56,822 nucleotides of DNA from Candidatus Gottesmanbacteria bacterium. GTDB lineage: Bacteria > Patescibacteriota > Microgenomatia > UBA10105 > UBA927. The notes under the pieces are model-generated. The model saw only the letters and a list, made by a program, of their open reading frames with translations. It had not been told where the DNA came from and searched no databases. Where the stretch lies: the NCBI GenBank assembly GCA_963809665.1, contig CAWEKC010000002.1:1-56822 (forward strand), given 5' to 3'. Both the position numbers and the translations under genes were made by a program. Numbering within the stretch: the stretch's first letter is position 1; every line of letters starts with the position of its first letter. Below are positions 28,543-37,903 of the stretch, in pieces.

Positions 28543-30219
28543 TTACAATGAGGAGGGGATGCTGTAGTAGGTAAATAAGTCTTTCGCGATCTTGAAGAAA
28601 AGCGGTGCGGCAGTCTCCGATCCCCAGGGCGAAGTTGAGGGTTCCGTAAAGGTAACGAGCATAACGAACTTCGGATTATCGGCAGGCCCGAAACCCACAA
28701 ATGATGCTATTGTCTTCGTAGCGTCATAATGGCCTGCAACCGGAATCTGGGCCGTGCCGGTTTTGCCTGCAATGCGGTAACCGGCTGGTTTTGCCCACTT
28801 GGCCTCACCTAAATCAACCGCAGATATCATCATTTCAGTCAGGACGCTTGCAGTGCTGCTGCTTATTACCTGACGGATCTGCTTCGGCGGAATTTCGACC
28901 TTCTTTCCCGTACTATCGACGATTTCACGTACCATATGCGGCTCCATAAGCCATCCGCCGTTGGCAATAGCTCCGACAGCCCGGACCATTTGTATCGGCG
29001 TTACGGCAATTCCCTGTCCGAACGCAGCTGTGGCAAGGTCTATATTTTTCCAATCCCGGTCGTCACGCAGCTGCGGCGAGCTTTCTTCCTGCAGATCTAT
29101 ACCGGTCGGGGTCCCGATACCAAATGCATGGAGATATTTGAGCATCATATTTTTCCCCATTTTTTGCTCCACCCGCACCATACCGACGTTGCTTGAATAC
29201 TCCAGAATCTGCGCCATGGTAATCGGACCATGATACGAATCATTCCATGTATGAATGACATAATCGTCAACCGGTACGGGAGCGTCTTCGTCCACTTTGG
29301 TATCGCTTGTCACCTTGTGTTCGTTGAGGGCCCCGCTCATAATAAGCACCTTAAACGTACTCCCCGGTTCATATGACTGGGAAACAATCGGGTTTTTGTA
29401 TAATGTTTTATCAAACGATTGGTAACTTCCCGGGTCATAACTGGGATAAGAGGCCATTGCAAGGATCCCTCCGCTTTTAGGATCCATAATTGTCACCGTG
29501 CCTGCTTTAGCCCCGTACTGGGCAATTCCTTCGGACAGACGTTTCTGGGCAATCTGCTGGACCGTCCTGTCGGTCCATAATACGAGCGACCTGCCATCCT
29601 CGGCTTCTATCCGTTTTATGTCTCCGACCAATATAGCCGATCCGCGAACGTCCTTTTCAAGCTGGATGCTGCCGTCCCGGCCCCGGAGCTCCCGGTCATA
29701 ATACCCTTCCAGCCCGAAATATCCCTGGTCATTACCGTTCTGGTCGGATCCCACAAACCCCAACAGCTGGGCGGCCATTGATGCTTCGGGGTAATACCGT
29801 TTTGCCTCCGGTTCAAATCCCAGACCCTTGAGATTTAGTGCGGTAAGCTGATCTTTTGCGGTAGCATCAACTTTATGCGCCAACGGCACCCACATCCGTC
29901 CGGGAATGGTTAATATTGCCGATATCGATGCAGTTTCCTGATCCAATACCGGAGCGACTACCTTGGCAAACACATCGATATTATCTATTTCCTTTGGCTG
30001 CCCGTACACCAAAAAACCCTGCTGGTTCATGGCCAGCGGACTTCCGTCGGTAGATGCGATCGTACCACGCATGGCGGGAATAATAAGTTCCAGATTATAT
30101 TGTTGATTCGCCTGGACCCTGAGAGTATCGCCTTGTAAAATCTGCCAGTAAAAAAGACGTGCGATAATCGCTAAAAATAGAAGTATGATGATGCCAAACA
30201 GTATCCAGATCCTCCACAT
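28543..30219 (-). CDS. ftsI: Class B penicillin-binding protein (FtsI/PBP2-type)
   Basis: EPGSTFK (SxxK), SSN (SxN), KTGT; N-terminal TM and RG.I dimerisation motif. Confidence 0.93.
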   Translation of the reverse strand: MWRIWILFGIIILLFLAIIARLFYWQILQGDTLRVQANQQYNLELIIPAMRGTIASTDGSPLAMNQQGFLVYGQPKEIDNIDVFAKVVAPVLDQETASISAILTIPGRMWVPLAHKVDATAKDQLTALNLKGLGFEPEAKRYYPEASMAAQLLGFVGSDQNGNDQGYFGLEGYYDRELRGRDGSIQLEKDVRGSAILVGDIKRIEAEDGRSLVLWTDRTVQQIAQKRLSEGIAQYGAKAGTVTIMDPKSGGILAMASYPSYDPGSYQSFDKTLYKNPIVSQSYEPGSTFKVLIMSGALNEHKVTSDTKVDEDAPVPVDDYVIHTWNDSYHGPITMAQILEYSSNVGMVRVEQKMGKNMMLKYLHAFGIGTPTGIDLQEESSPQLRDDRDWKNIDLATAAFGQGIAVTPIQMVRAVGAIANGGWLMEPHMVREIVDSTGKKVEIPPKQIRQVISSSTASVLTEMMISAVDLGEAKWAKPAGYRIAGKTGTAQIPVAGHYDATKTIASFVGFGPADNPKFVMLVTFTEPSTSPWGSETAAPLFFKIAKDLFTYYSIPSSL

Positions 30220-30226
30220 GTATAGG

Positions 30227-30529
30227 TTATTGGGGGCGGTTTAAAGCAACGGGCAACGTTTCATTCCCTATCATAACAAATTGGCGGCTTGTTGGTTCGA
30301 CAAACCCCATATCTTTTGCTTTAAGGGCAATTGTTGTCAGTGATGAGGCGCTCGCTACCTGCTGGGCAAGCTGTTCATTTGTCGCCCGCAGGGCCATGAT
30401 CTCAAGATCGACCGAGCTAACCTGTTTTCCTGTTACGACAAACGTGTTGGACCAGAGAATTTCAATGACAATGAGAATAATGACAATTCCGGGTATGCTT
30501 TTGGCTACTGTTCGTAGTATGTTAATCAT
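30227..30529 (-). CDS. ftsL: FtsL-like protein
   Basis: 100 aa, TM then heptad coiled coil, AKDMGFVEP; position between rsmH and ftsI. Confidence 0.65.
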   Translation of the reverse strand: MINILRTVAKSIPGIVIILIVIEILWSNTFVVTGKQVSSVDLEIMALRATNEQLAQQVASASSLTTIALKAKDMGFVEPTSRQFVMIGNETLPVALNRPQ

Positions 30530-31344
30530 ATTTTTTCCGCAATCCGTAATTTCGCACTTCGCGACCGGCTGTTTGCTCTACGTTCAATATCACTTGTCAC
30601 TATTGGCTTCTTGGTTATCAATTTCCATGCATCGGTTTTCAAAAACAATTTCACGATACGGTCTTCCAATGAATGAAAACTGATGACCGCCAGTCTTCCC
30701 CCCGGTGTGAGCAATTCTTTAGCACCTGATAGACCTTCTTTCAGGGCGCCCAACTCGTCATTGACGACAATGCGTAACGCCTGAAATACCTGAGATGCGG
30801 CCCGTTTATTAATTATTTTTAAAAGATCTCCCGTCGTTGCGATCGGACTCACATGACGGGCGCGGACAATAGCAGTAGCAATTGCCCGACTATGCTCTTC
30901 TTCACCAAACGTTGCCAAAATTTCATACAGTTCCTGTTCAGTAACTTTTTGTAACAATTCAGCGGCCGTTGCCCCTTCGTCCTGGTTCAGTCTTAAGTCC
31001 AATGATGCATCTTTGAATCTATAACTAAAACCTCTTCCCGCGGTATCGAGTTGGTGGCTCGACACACCCAAATCAAATAAAATCCCGTCTACGGTATCAA
31101 ATCCGTTTGCCTTCGCAATATCCGCAATATGTCTGAAATTCCCCTGTATGACCTTCCAGTCCATCCCTTTATTCTCTTCAACCGCATCCTTATCCGTGTC
31201 TATTCCAAGTACCACTGCACCCCGCTTTACAATCTCCCGTGCGTGCCCTCCTCCTCCTACCGTTGCATCAATAAACCTCTTCCCTGGGGCTACCTGGAGC
31301 CCTTCAATGACCTCTTTAACCATTATCGGCGTGTGATAGGGCAT
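30526..31344 (-). CDS. rsmH: 16S rRNA m4C1402 methyltransferase
   Basis: HTPIM..EV, DATVGGGGH, FDLGVSSHQLD, SFHSLEDR, RSRSAKLR. SD GGAGGA before the ATG at 31344. Confidence 0.97.
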   Translation of the reverse strand: MPYHTPIMVKEVIEGLQVAPGKRFIDATVGGGGHAREIVKRGAVVLGIDTDKDAVEENKGMDWKVIQGNFRHIADIAKANGFDTVDGILFDLGVSSHQLDTAGRGFSYRFKDASLDLRLNQDEGATAAELLQKVTEQELYEILATFGEEEHSRAIATAIVRARHVSPIATTGDLLKIINKRAASQVFQALRIVVNDELGALKEGLSGAKELLTPGGRLAVISFHSLEDRIVKLFLKTDAWKLITKKPIVTSDIERRANSRSRSAKLRIAEKI

Positions 31345-31720
31345 ATTTCCTCCAATTCTCTTTATCCCAGATCTCAAAATGGTCTCCGGCACCGATAACT
31401 GTAACTTCACGGGAAATCGAAGCATATTCCTTGAGCTGGGCAGGCAAAAGAATACGACCAAGCTTGTCTATTTCCGCTTTTTGCGCCCCGCTAAACAGGT
31501 ACCGGCGCAAACCCCTGGCTTCTTTATCGGTCACCGGCGTTTCAAGGTGCTTTCCCGCTTCCCGTTCCCAACTGGACTTGTCGAATCCGAAAACACATGT
31601 ATCAAACCCTCTCGTAAGTACCACTTCCTTCTCGTTTAGTTCTTGCCGGATCTTTCTCGGGAGCGTTATACGGCCCCGATCGTCCAGTGCATGATCGTAT
31701 TCCCCAAGGAACAACTTCAT
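31316..31720 (-). CDS. mraZ: Transcriptional regulator MraZ
   Basis: GEYDHALDDRGR..LP and DKLGRILLP duplicated SpoVT/AbrB motifs; IGAGDHFEIW. Confidence 0.96.
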   Translation of the reverse strand: MKLFLGEYDHALDDRGRITLPRKIRQELNEKEVVLTRGFDTCVFGFDKSSWEREAGKHLETPVTDKEARGLRRYLFSGAQKAEIDKLGRILLPAQLKEYASISREVTVIGAGDHFEIWDKENWRKYALSHADNG

Positions 31721-31732
31721 TCCCTTAATCTA

Positions 31733-31783
31733 CCATATCTTCCCATCTATATCCATAGTTACCCATTTTTCACGCTCTGTCAA
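31733..31783 (-). promoter_or_regulatory. dcw promoter with MraZ-type direct repeats
   Basis: TTGACA at 31783-31778; four ATGG(G/A/T) repeats at exact 10-nt period (CCAT on + at 31733, 31743, 31753, 31763). Confidence 0.8.
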
Positions 31784-31868
31784 GGGGCATTTCACGCGGG
31801 AAGAGCAGTAGAATAAGCCGTAGCGTTACGTTAACAATAGCAACACTAATGGTAGAGTGAAAAGATGA

Positions 31869-32330
31869 TTACAGCGTGTAGTCTTTGGAGAACTGGCTTT
31901 GCTTGCCCGCGGTATCGGTAAATACGAGGACTAAATTCACCTTACTGACCCCAAGATGCGGGGTACAGACATTCCGCGAACACGTACCCAGATAGAGATC
32001 CCGTTCAAACGTATCTTTTCCGGCTACATCCACGCTTTTTCCGGTAACTCCCTGCGTGACTCCTTTGCTTTCATACATCAACTCATACGCGATGCTCGCC
32101 ATTTTCCCGTTCATTCCTTTTGCGGAAATAATAACGGTATTGGCAGCAGTTGTGCTTTTGACCAGGTTCACGCTGATGGACGCATCGACAGGAGGAGCCT
32201 CGGCCGGTATGATATCGGTACTGGCGGCCGGAGCCGGACTTCCGGAAAACACTGCTTTATACACCACAAAACCGGTTATAAGTAGTAGGACAACTAAAAC
32301 TCCGATAACAATTTTCATTTTCTTGTTCAT
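31869..32330 (-). CDS. Membrane-anchored hypothetical protein with a CxxxxC pair
   Basis: N-terminal TM, Pro/Ala linker, beta-rich body, LYLGTCSRNVC; SD GGAG. Confidence 0.75.
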   Translation of the reverse strand: MNKKMKIVIGVLVVLLLITGFVVYKAVFSGSPAPAASTDIIPAEAPPVDASISVNLVKSTTAANTVIISAKGMNGKMASIAYELMYESKGVTQGVTGKSVDVAGKDTFERDLYLGTCSRNVCTPHLGVSKVNLVLVFTDTAGKQSQFSKDYTL

Positions 32331-32341
32331 ATAGCTCCAGC

Positions 32342-33627
32342 TTACAGTCTCCCCAATTTTTCGTCAATATAACAGGAAGTTTGGAAATATTTACCCTGTC
32401 CTGTTTGGTTGTATCGCGGTCCCGGACCGTAACCGTATCATCTTCGAGTGTCGTATAGTCAATGGTTACGCACATCGGCGTCCCCGCCTCATCCTGCGAG
32501 AGATATCGTTTGCCGATATTTCCCCGCGCATCCCACGCAGTCATATACCGGGTTTTGAGTCTCTCATACACTGCCTGAGCTTTCGCTGTAATGTCTTCCT
32601 TGTTGGCAACCAATGGAAATACGGCAACCTTTTTCGGCGCGAGTCTCGGATCGAGTTTCAGTACGGTACGCTTTTCCTCCTCGTGATATGCCTCCAGAAG
32701 GAAAAACAAAGCCGCTCGGTCTACCCCGCCGGATGTTTCAATCACCCACGGTGTATACACCTCACCCGTTATATCGTCGTGGTACGTCAACTTGTGGTTA
32801 CCTAAATCAAAATCACCGCGGTTATGGATTCCTTCAAATTCGCTCCACCCGAACGGGGCGTTATATTCTATGTCCGTTGCGGACCTGGCATAGTGTGCGC
32901 GTTCATGTTCTTCATGATCCCGTAACCTCAGATGGTCTTTTGACATTCCCAAAGACTCATACCACTTCATCCGCTCTTTTTTCCAAAAATCAAAGCGTTT
33001 TTCAGCCTCCCCCGCGTCTGGTTTAATGAAATATTCAAGTTCCATCTGTTCAAACTCGCGGCTGCGGAACGTAAAATTCCCCGGCGTAATTTCATTGCGG
33101 AATGCTTTCCCGATTTGTGCGATACCGAAGGGAATTTTTATCCGGGTTGAATCAACGACATTCCGGAAGTTTACAAACACCCCCTGGGTAATTTCTCCGC
33201 GCAAGTACACTTTCTCTTTCGGTTCGGTTACCCCGAGATACACCTCTGTTAATAAATTAAACTGTTTTGGCTCTGTCCAGCTGACTTTTTCCTTGTGAGT
33301 TTTTTCATGCACGAGGAGAATTTCTTCTTTATCAGCGCGGAACCGTTTATGGCACACCTTGCACTCCACGAGCGGATCCGCGAACACTTTTGTATGCCCT
33401 GAAGCTTCCCATACCTGGGGATTCATGATGATTGCAGCGTCAAGCCCGACCACGTCTTCACGCCTCTGGACCATGGACTTCCACCATTCTTGCTTAATAT
33501 TATTTTTGAGTTCGACCCCAAGCGGCCCGTAGTCCCAGAATCCCGTTATCCCGCCGTAAATCTCACTGCCGGGGTAAATAAATCCGCGGCGTTTGGCGAG
33601 TGCGACAATGTTATCGAGGTCGGTCAT
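32342..33627 (-). CDS. glyQS: Glycyl-tRNA synthetase, alpha2 (eukaryote/archaea-like) type; 1-nt deletion at T5 32357-32361
   Basis: GSEIYGG, LRGEITQG, AQIGKAFRNEITPG, FEQME, IETSGG.DR, anticodon-binding domain. Adding one A gives ..TKKLGRL* at 32342. Confidence 0.95.
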
Positions 33628-33633
33628 AGTGAA

Positions 33634-33642
33634 ATTGTATCA
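33634..33642 (-). promoter_or_regulatory. Extended -10 (TGaTACAAT) 6 nt before the glyQS ATG
   Basis: The TG is supplied by the recO TGA stop codon. Confidence 0.6.
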
Positions 33643-34191
33643 AATGTTGAAGTGTGAAGCCAGCCGTACGGTTTTGAGGTGCCGCTCCAGGAGCTGTTCA
33701 ACATAAGAGTCCAGAGACCCGGTCGGAGGCTTTTTCCCCCGTTCCAAATAGCCCAACGCGCGAAGGAGGGCTGCCGCAAAGCGTTCCCGAAGTACTTCAA
33801 TCCGTTCTTTTTTAACGTTGGCAAGAGCCTCAAGCGCATCGCAAAGGAGTATAAACACGTCTTCATGGATCTGGCCTTCCGGCAAAAGTCCGTCGATAAG
33901 CTCGCAAAGATAATACGCCGCACCGACGCGTTGAAGATCTTTCCGGATAGATTCATACGAAGCGACAGGAGAAACTTCCGTCAGTGTCTCCATTCCCCGT
34001 CCTTTATACATTGTCAGCACGCAACGGTTAAATACTTCAATATGCGGACCGCGTTTACTTGATATTTTCCTTACTCCGCGGGCAATTATACGAAGTTTTC
34101 CGTACTGTTTCGTAAATACGGTAAGAATTCTGTCAGTCTCGCCTGTTGACCGACGTTTGAGAATAATAACTTCTGCGGTATAGAGGCGCAT
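33640..34191 (-). CDS. recO: DNA repair protein RecO (short form)
   Basis: GETDRILTVFTKQYGK..IARGVRK..SK OB-fold; YYLCELID.LL. Confidence 0.9.
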   Translation of the reverse strand: MRLYTAEVIILKRRSTGETDRILTVFTKQYGKLRIIARGVRKISSKRGPHIEVFNRCVLTMYKGRGMETLTEVSPVASYESIRKDLQRVGAAYYLCELIDGLLPEGQIHEDVFILLCDALEALANVKKERIEVLRERFAAALLRALGYLERGKKPPTGSLDSYVEQLLERHLKTVRLASHFNI

Positions 34192-34194
34192 GCG

Positions 34195-36168
34195 TTAAAA
34201 AGTAAATTCCGTATCAGACAGGAGCACTGCGTTGACTTTTTCACGGCCGTTGAGCTTTATAATTAAGTTCTGATCGGATGACCCCGACTGCCGCTGAATT
34301 AGCAGCCTGTATTTGCCGTCTGTTTTCTTCACAGGGGAAGAATACGACAATGTAAGTTGTGCTACCCCTAATGGATTGACGACGACGAATCCTTCAAACA
34401 CCGTCTTTCCCAGACTTTGGGATGTCGTCATCGGGACGGCTTTTCCACCTTTGGGCGATTGCGTCCCTTTATTGTCTTTCAGAGTACTGCCGGCCGGCAC
34501 ATAGATCCGAATCCAATCCCGCAGCGGTGCATTGAGGCACAATCCTCCCGACTCCAAACCACAGTCACTACCGGGATAGGGATTTTTATAGTCAATCGTC
34601 AGGTTAGTCGTTATCGTGCCGTCACTGTTTACCGTTGTGTCTTTAGTTATTTTTTCCGTGACAAACATATTCGCCTTAGCTCCTCCCATGTTGGCTTCGT
34701 TGATATGAAGATAATCCCACCCGTCACCGTCCTTATATTTCAGAATTGCTGCGCTATCGGACGCGGTCATAATTCGGCCTGCCATATTAAAGCTTTCAGC
34801 GGCTTTTTGGATCGTGGCGTCCGTAAAGTACGCCTGAACATGTTTATTCGATATTTCCGTCAGGAGCATCTGAAAAAGATTTCCCCAATATTTGGACGGG
34901 GATACGCCTAATGCCATCTGAAGCATTGCGCGCATCAGTTCACCAATCTCACCTTTCCGGTCGGTACGCACGTAATTGACGGGCCGTGAGGAATAATCCT
35001 CAAGTTCGTAAATTGCCCCAGCACAATTACAGCGTTTATCAATTTCCGCGCTGAATACACGGCCGCTGGCGGTAATGGGTCCTAATATTTTGAGGGTTTC
35101 CACAAGTACATGTGTATCCATGGTAATAATACCGTCTATATTATGTTCAGTCCCTGCCGTATTGTTGTACATGGACTGAAATTGCTGCATTGATATTTTA
35201 AAATCGGGGGATAAATTCGAATCCCTGATGTTCAAGTTGGATACACCCGGAAGATAGGTAAGGATTTCCGGCGGTGCGGGATATCTTTTTGTCAGTGCCG
35301 CGTCAAGCGCATAGATATCATCGGATTTCTCCAAAATTGCCTTTCCGCCGACAAACCGGAACTGTGCGTATGCCGTCATGAATCCGCCGGTTGGCCGCAG
35401 TTCCTTATCATTCTGGAAAATTATCAGGTACCGTTTCTCCTTCGGATACCCGAGAATGCCCGGTAAGTTGGTTAAGAGCGGCTGGGCATTCACAAATAAG
35501 TTTGCTGCATTTTCTATAACGTCTTTGGCACCTATAAGCTGCGGGCGGATGGATGTTTTGCCAATGTGGTCCGGATACCGGTTGGGATCTATATAATCAA
35601 TTTCTTTTCGCAGCGTATCGATCGAAGCCGCCATTGCGTTGATTTTAGGAACCAATGCGCTCATGGTTTTGACTGCCGTCTGAATACGGTCATCAGCCGT
35701 TCCGGAAACGAAATTACCTTTGCCTTTGAGTCCCAAAAGGTCTGCATTCGGCTCGAGTGCGGCAACTGCCGCATCCCCGGCGTCGAGCGCCGCATACCCT
35801 GCTTTTATTGCATGATCGCCGTCGGAAATATATGCGCCTAAGAACGGAACAACTTTGAGAACGAGCACTTTGTTATATTCAGCGCGCATCGCGGCAAGGT
35901 TAGTCCTGGTAGTCGCAAGCCCTTCTTTCGTTTTAACAAGATCCTGTTTCTTGACCGCTGCACCCGTTTCCCTGGCGGCTGCGATGAGTGCGGGGGCTTT
36001 CGATATCACTCCCCGCAGGGGTAAAAGCATAATACCGATGATTGCAAGAATCAAAACCAGTATCCCCAGCGGGATTCCGATAAATTTCCATTGAAATGTT
36101 TTTTTTGCTTTCATGGGTGGTATTGTCGGAGTTGTCTTCAACTCAATTTTTTTCAGTTCATCGGGCAT
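34195..36168 (-). CDS. DUF4012-domain membrane-anchored protein
   Basis: RYLIIFQNDKELRPTGGF, RDSNLSPDF, DGII..D. Start placed at MPDELKK (36168). Confidence 0.85.
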   Translation of the reverse strand: MPDELKKIELKTTPTIPPMKAKKTFQWKFIGIPLGILVLILAIIGIMLLPLRGVISKAPALIAAARETGAAVKKQDLVKTKEGLATTRTNLAAMRAEYNKVLVLKVVPFLGAYISDGDHAIKAGYAALDAGDAAVAALEPNADLLGLKGKGNFVSGTADDRIQTAVKTMSALVPKINAMAASIDTLRKEIDYIDPNRYPDHIGKTSIRPQLIGAKDVIENAANLFVNAQPLLTNLPGILGYPKEKRYLIIFQNDKELRPTGGFMTAYAQFRFVGGKAILEKSDDIYALDAALTKRYPAPPEILTYLPGVSNLNIRDSNLSPDFKISMQQFQSMYNNTAGTEHNIDGIITMDTHVLVETLKILGPITASGRVFSAEIDKRCNCAGAIYELEDYSSRPVNYVRTDRKGEIGELMRAMLQMALGVSPSKYWGNLFQMLLTEISNKHVQAYFTDATIQKAAESFNMAGRIMTASDSAAILKYKDGDGWDYLHINEANMGGAKANMFVTEKITKDTTVNSDGTITTNLTIDYKNPYPGSDCGLESGGLCLNAPLRDWIRIYVPAGSTLKDNKGTQSPKGGKAVPMTTSQSLGKTVFEGFVVVNPLGVAQLTLSYSSPVKKTDGKYRLLIQRQSGSSDQNLIIKLNGREKVNAVLLSDTEFTF

Positions 36169-36174
36169 AGAATA

Positions 36175-36180
36175 ATTATA
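36175..36180 (-). promoter_or_regulatory. -10 box TATAAT 6 nt before the DUF4012 ATG
   Basis: Contains the TAA stop of the upstream sugar transferase (GTA TAA T). Confidence 0.55.
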
Positions 36181-36814
36181 CCGCACCTTTACCGGAGATC
36201 ATAGCCCAGGGACTTTGAAGAAGAATTGCGAAATCCATCGCGAGCGACCGCTTCTTCACATAATCCGCATCCATTTTTATCCGTTTATCAAAATTGACTT
36301 CACTCCGGCCGGATACCTGCCAATGTCCGGTAATGCCGGGTTTTGCTGATAGTACGATTCTCACGAGATCCTTGGTGTGCGGGTATTTCCTTTGCTGTTC
36401 GACGAGTTCGTCGGGATAATACGGCCGTGGCCCGACGAGGCTCATATCCCCTTTCAGAACGTTTAGCAGCTGCGGGATCTCGTCTACGGAATGTTTCCGG
36501 ATAAACCGTCCGACTCTCGTCACCCGGGGGTCATCCATAAGTTTATAACTGTTCCGCTTGTATTCCGTGTAGAGTTTTGCCAGCTTAGGGTCACTGCGTA
36601 ATTTCTCATGTGCATTTATAACCATGGACCGGAATTTGAATAGTTTAAAAAGTTTCCCGTTTTTACCCACCCGTTGAGGAGTATCAGCAAATACCGGCCC
36701 GGAACTATCCAGAACAATTGCAATTGCCGTAACAATACAAACAGGCAGAAACAATACGGCGAGAACTATGCTTCCCACCATATCAATACATCGTTTAACG
36801 AATGCGTAGATCAT
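36176..36814 (-). CDS. Polyprenyl-phosphate sugar phosphotransferase (Bac_transf, WcaJ/WbaP C-terminal type)
   Basis: [50 protein letters not shown]. Confidence 0.93.
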   Translation of the reverse strand: MIYAFVKRCIDMVGSIVLAVLFLPVCIVTAIAIVLDSSGPVFADTPQRVGKNGKLFKLFKFRSMVINAHEKLRSDPKLAKLYTEYKRNSYKLMDDPRVTRVGRFIRKHSVDEIPQLLNVLKGDMSLVGPRPYYPDELVEQQRKYPHTKDLVRIVLSAKPGITGHWQVSGRSEVNFDKRIKMDADYVKKRSLAMDFAILLQSPWAMISGKGAV

Positions 36815-36820
36815 AACGTG

Positions 36821-37903
36821 TCAGGTAAGATGCTCGTTTTCCGTACCTTTCAAACTCTCGACGAGTTTCTTTATTTTCGGGACCGAAGATTTACTGCACA
36901 CAAGTATAACATCATTCGTTGCGACGATAAGCGCATCTTTTACATCTATGGTGGTCACGAGCGATCCCGTATAATTATAAACCAGTGAATCTTCAGTATC
37001 CGTGAGGAGTACTTTTCCTTCCGTCACGTTTTTATCCGACGCTTCTTCAAGTGCCTCTTTGAGCGCCTCCCATGCGCCTATATCGCTCCACTCTATATCC
37101 TCGGAAATGACATACGCATTGGACGGATCCAGTTTTTCCAATATTAAATTATCAAAACTGATTTTTTCCAGCGTCGGGTATACGGCATTAAGAGTTTCCG
37201 CATATGTTCCGCTGTGCCAACTCTCTGCAATCCGGGAAAGGCCCGGATAGATATTCGGTGCAAATTTTTTATATTGCGCCCATAAAAATTTCGGCGTGGT
37301 GACAAAATATCCCAGATTCCATGCATGATGGCCGCTTTCAAAATATCGTTTGGCCGTAGCCGCGTCCGGACGATATTGAAAATCAACAAACGAATAAATC
37401 GGTATGCCGCCGGAAGAAAGCATTTCCTTGCCGAATTCTATCCATCCCAAATTTTCGCTTGCGAATCTGGGTTTTTGGGCAACGAACACGATCCGGTCGG
37501 GATCCTTTTTGACGACCTCGCCCGCAGCCAATAAAATTTTCCGGAAGAGCGATTCTTTTCGTACAAGGTGATCGCTCCATACTATCACCATCGGCTCCAA
37601 AGGATGTTCCCGGACCAGAAGTGATGTAATGAGACCGACGGCCGGCCCGACGTCACGCATCTCCGGTTCTCCTATCACGTGATCCGGGGGTAACTGGTCA
37701 AGTTGTTTCTGGACAGTTTCTACGTACGCTCCGCCTGTGGATACGTACATATCTTTCCAACTGAAATCAGGCAATAACCTGTTGGCCGCCAGCTGCAACG
37801 TCGACTGATTGCCGATAATTTTCTCGAATTGTTTTGGGGATTTTTTGCGCGACAGCGGCCATAATCTGGTCCCCACACCTCCTGCAAAAATGATTGCTTT
37901 CAT
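36821..37903 (-). CDS. manC: Mannose-1-phosphate guanylyltransferase
   Basis: AGGVGTRLWPLSR..PKQF, EP..RDVGPA, SDH, ISFD, WSDIGAW. Confidence 0.9.
   Translation of the reverse strand: MKAIIFAGGVGTRLWPLSRKKSPKQFEKIIGNQSTLQLAANRLLPDFSWKDMYVSTGGAYVETVQKQLDQLPPDHVIGEPEMRDVGPAVGLITSLLVREHPLEPMVIVWSDHLVRKESLFRKILLAAGEVVKKDPDRIVFVAQKPRFASENLGWIEFGKEMLSSGGIPIYSFVDFQYRPDAATAKRYFESGHHAWNLGYFVTTPKFLWAQYKKFAPNIYPGLSRIAESWHSGTYAETLNAVYPTLEKISFDNLILEKLDPSNAYVISEDIEWSDIGAWEALKEALEEASDKNVTEGKVLLTDTEDSLVYNYTGSLVTTIDVKDALIVATNDVILVCSKSSVPKIKKLVESLKGTENEHLT

Noticed and set aside
32257-32341. C-terminal extension of GlyRS overlapping the next gene by 74 nt
   Set aside because: Explained by one missing A in a homopolymer; the corrected stop is at 32342.
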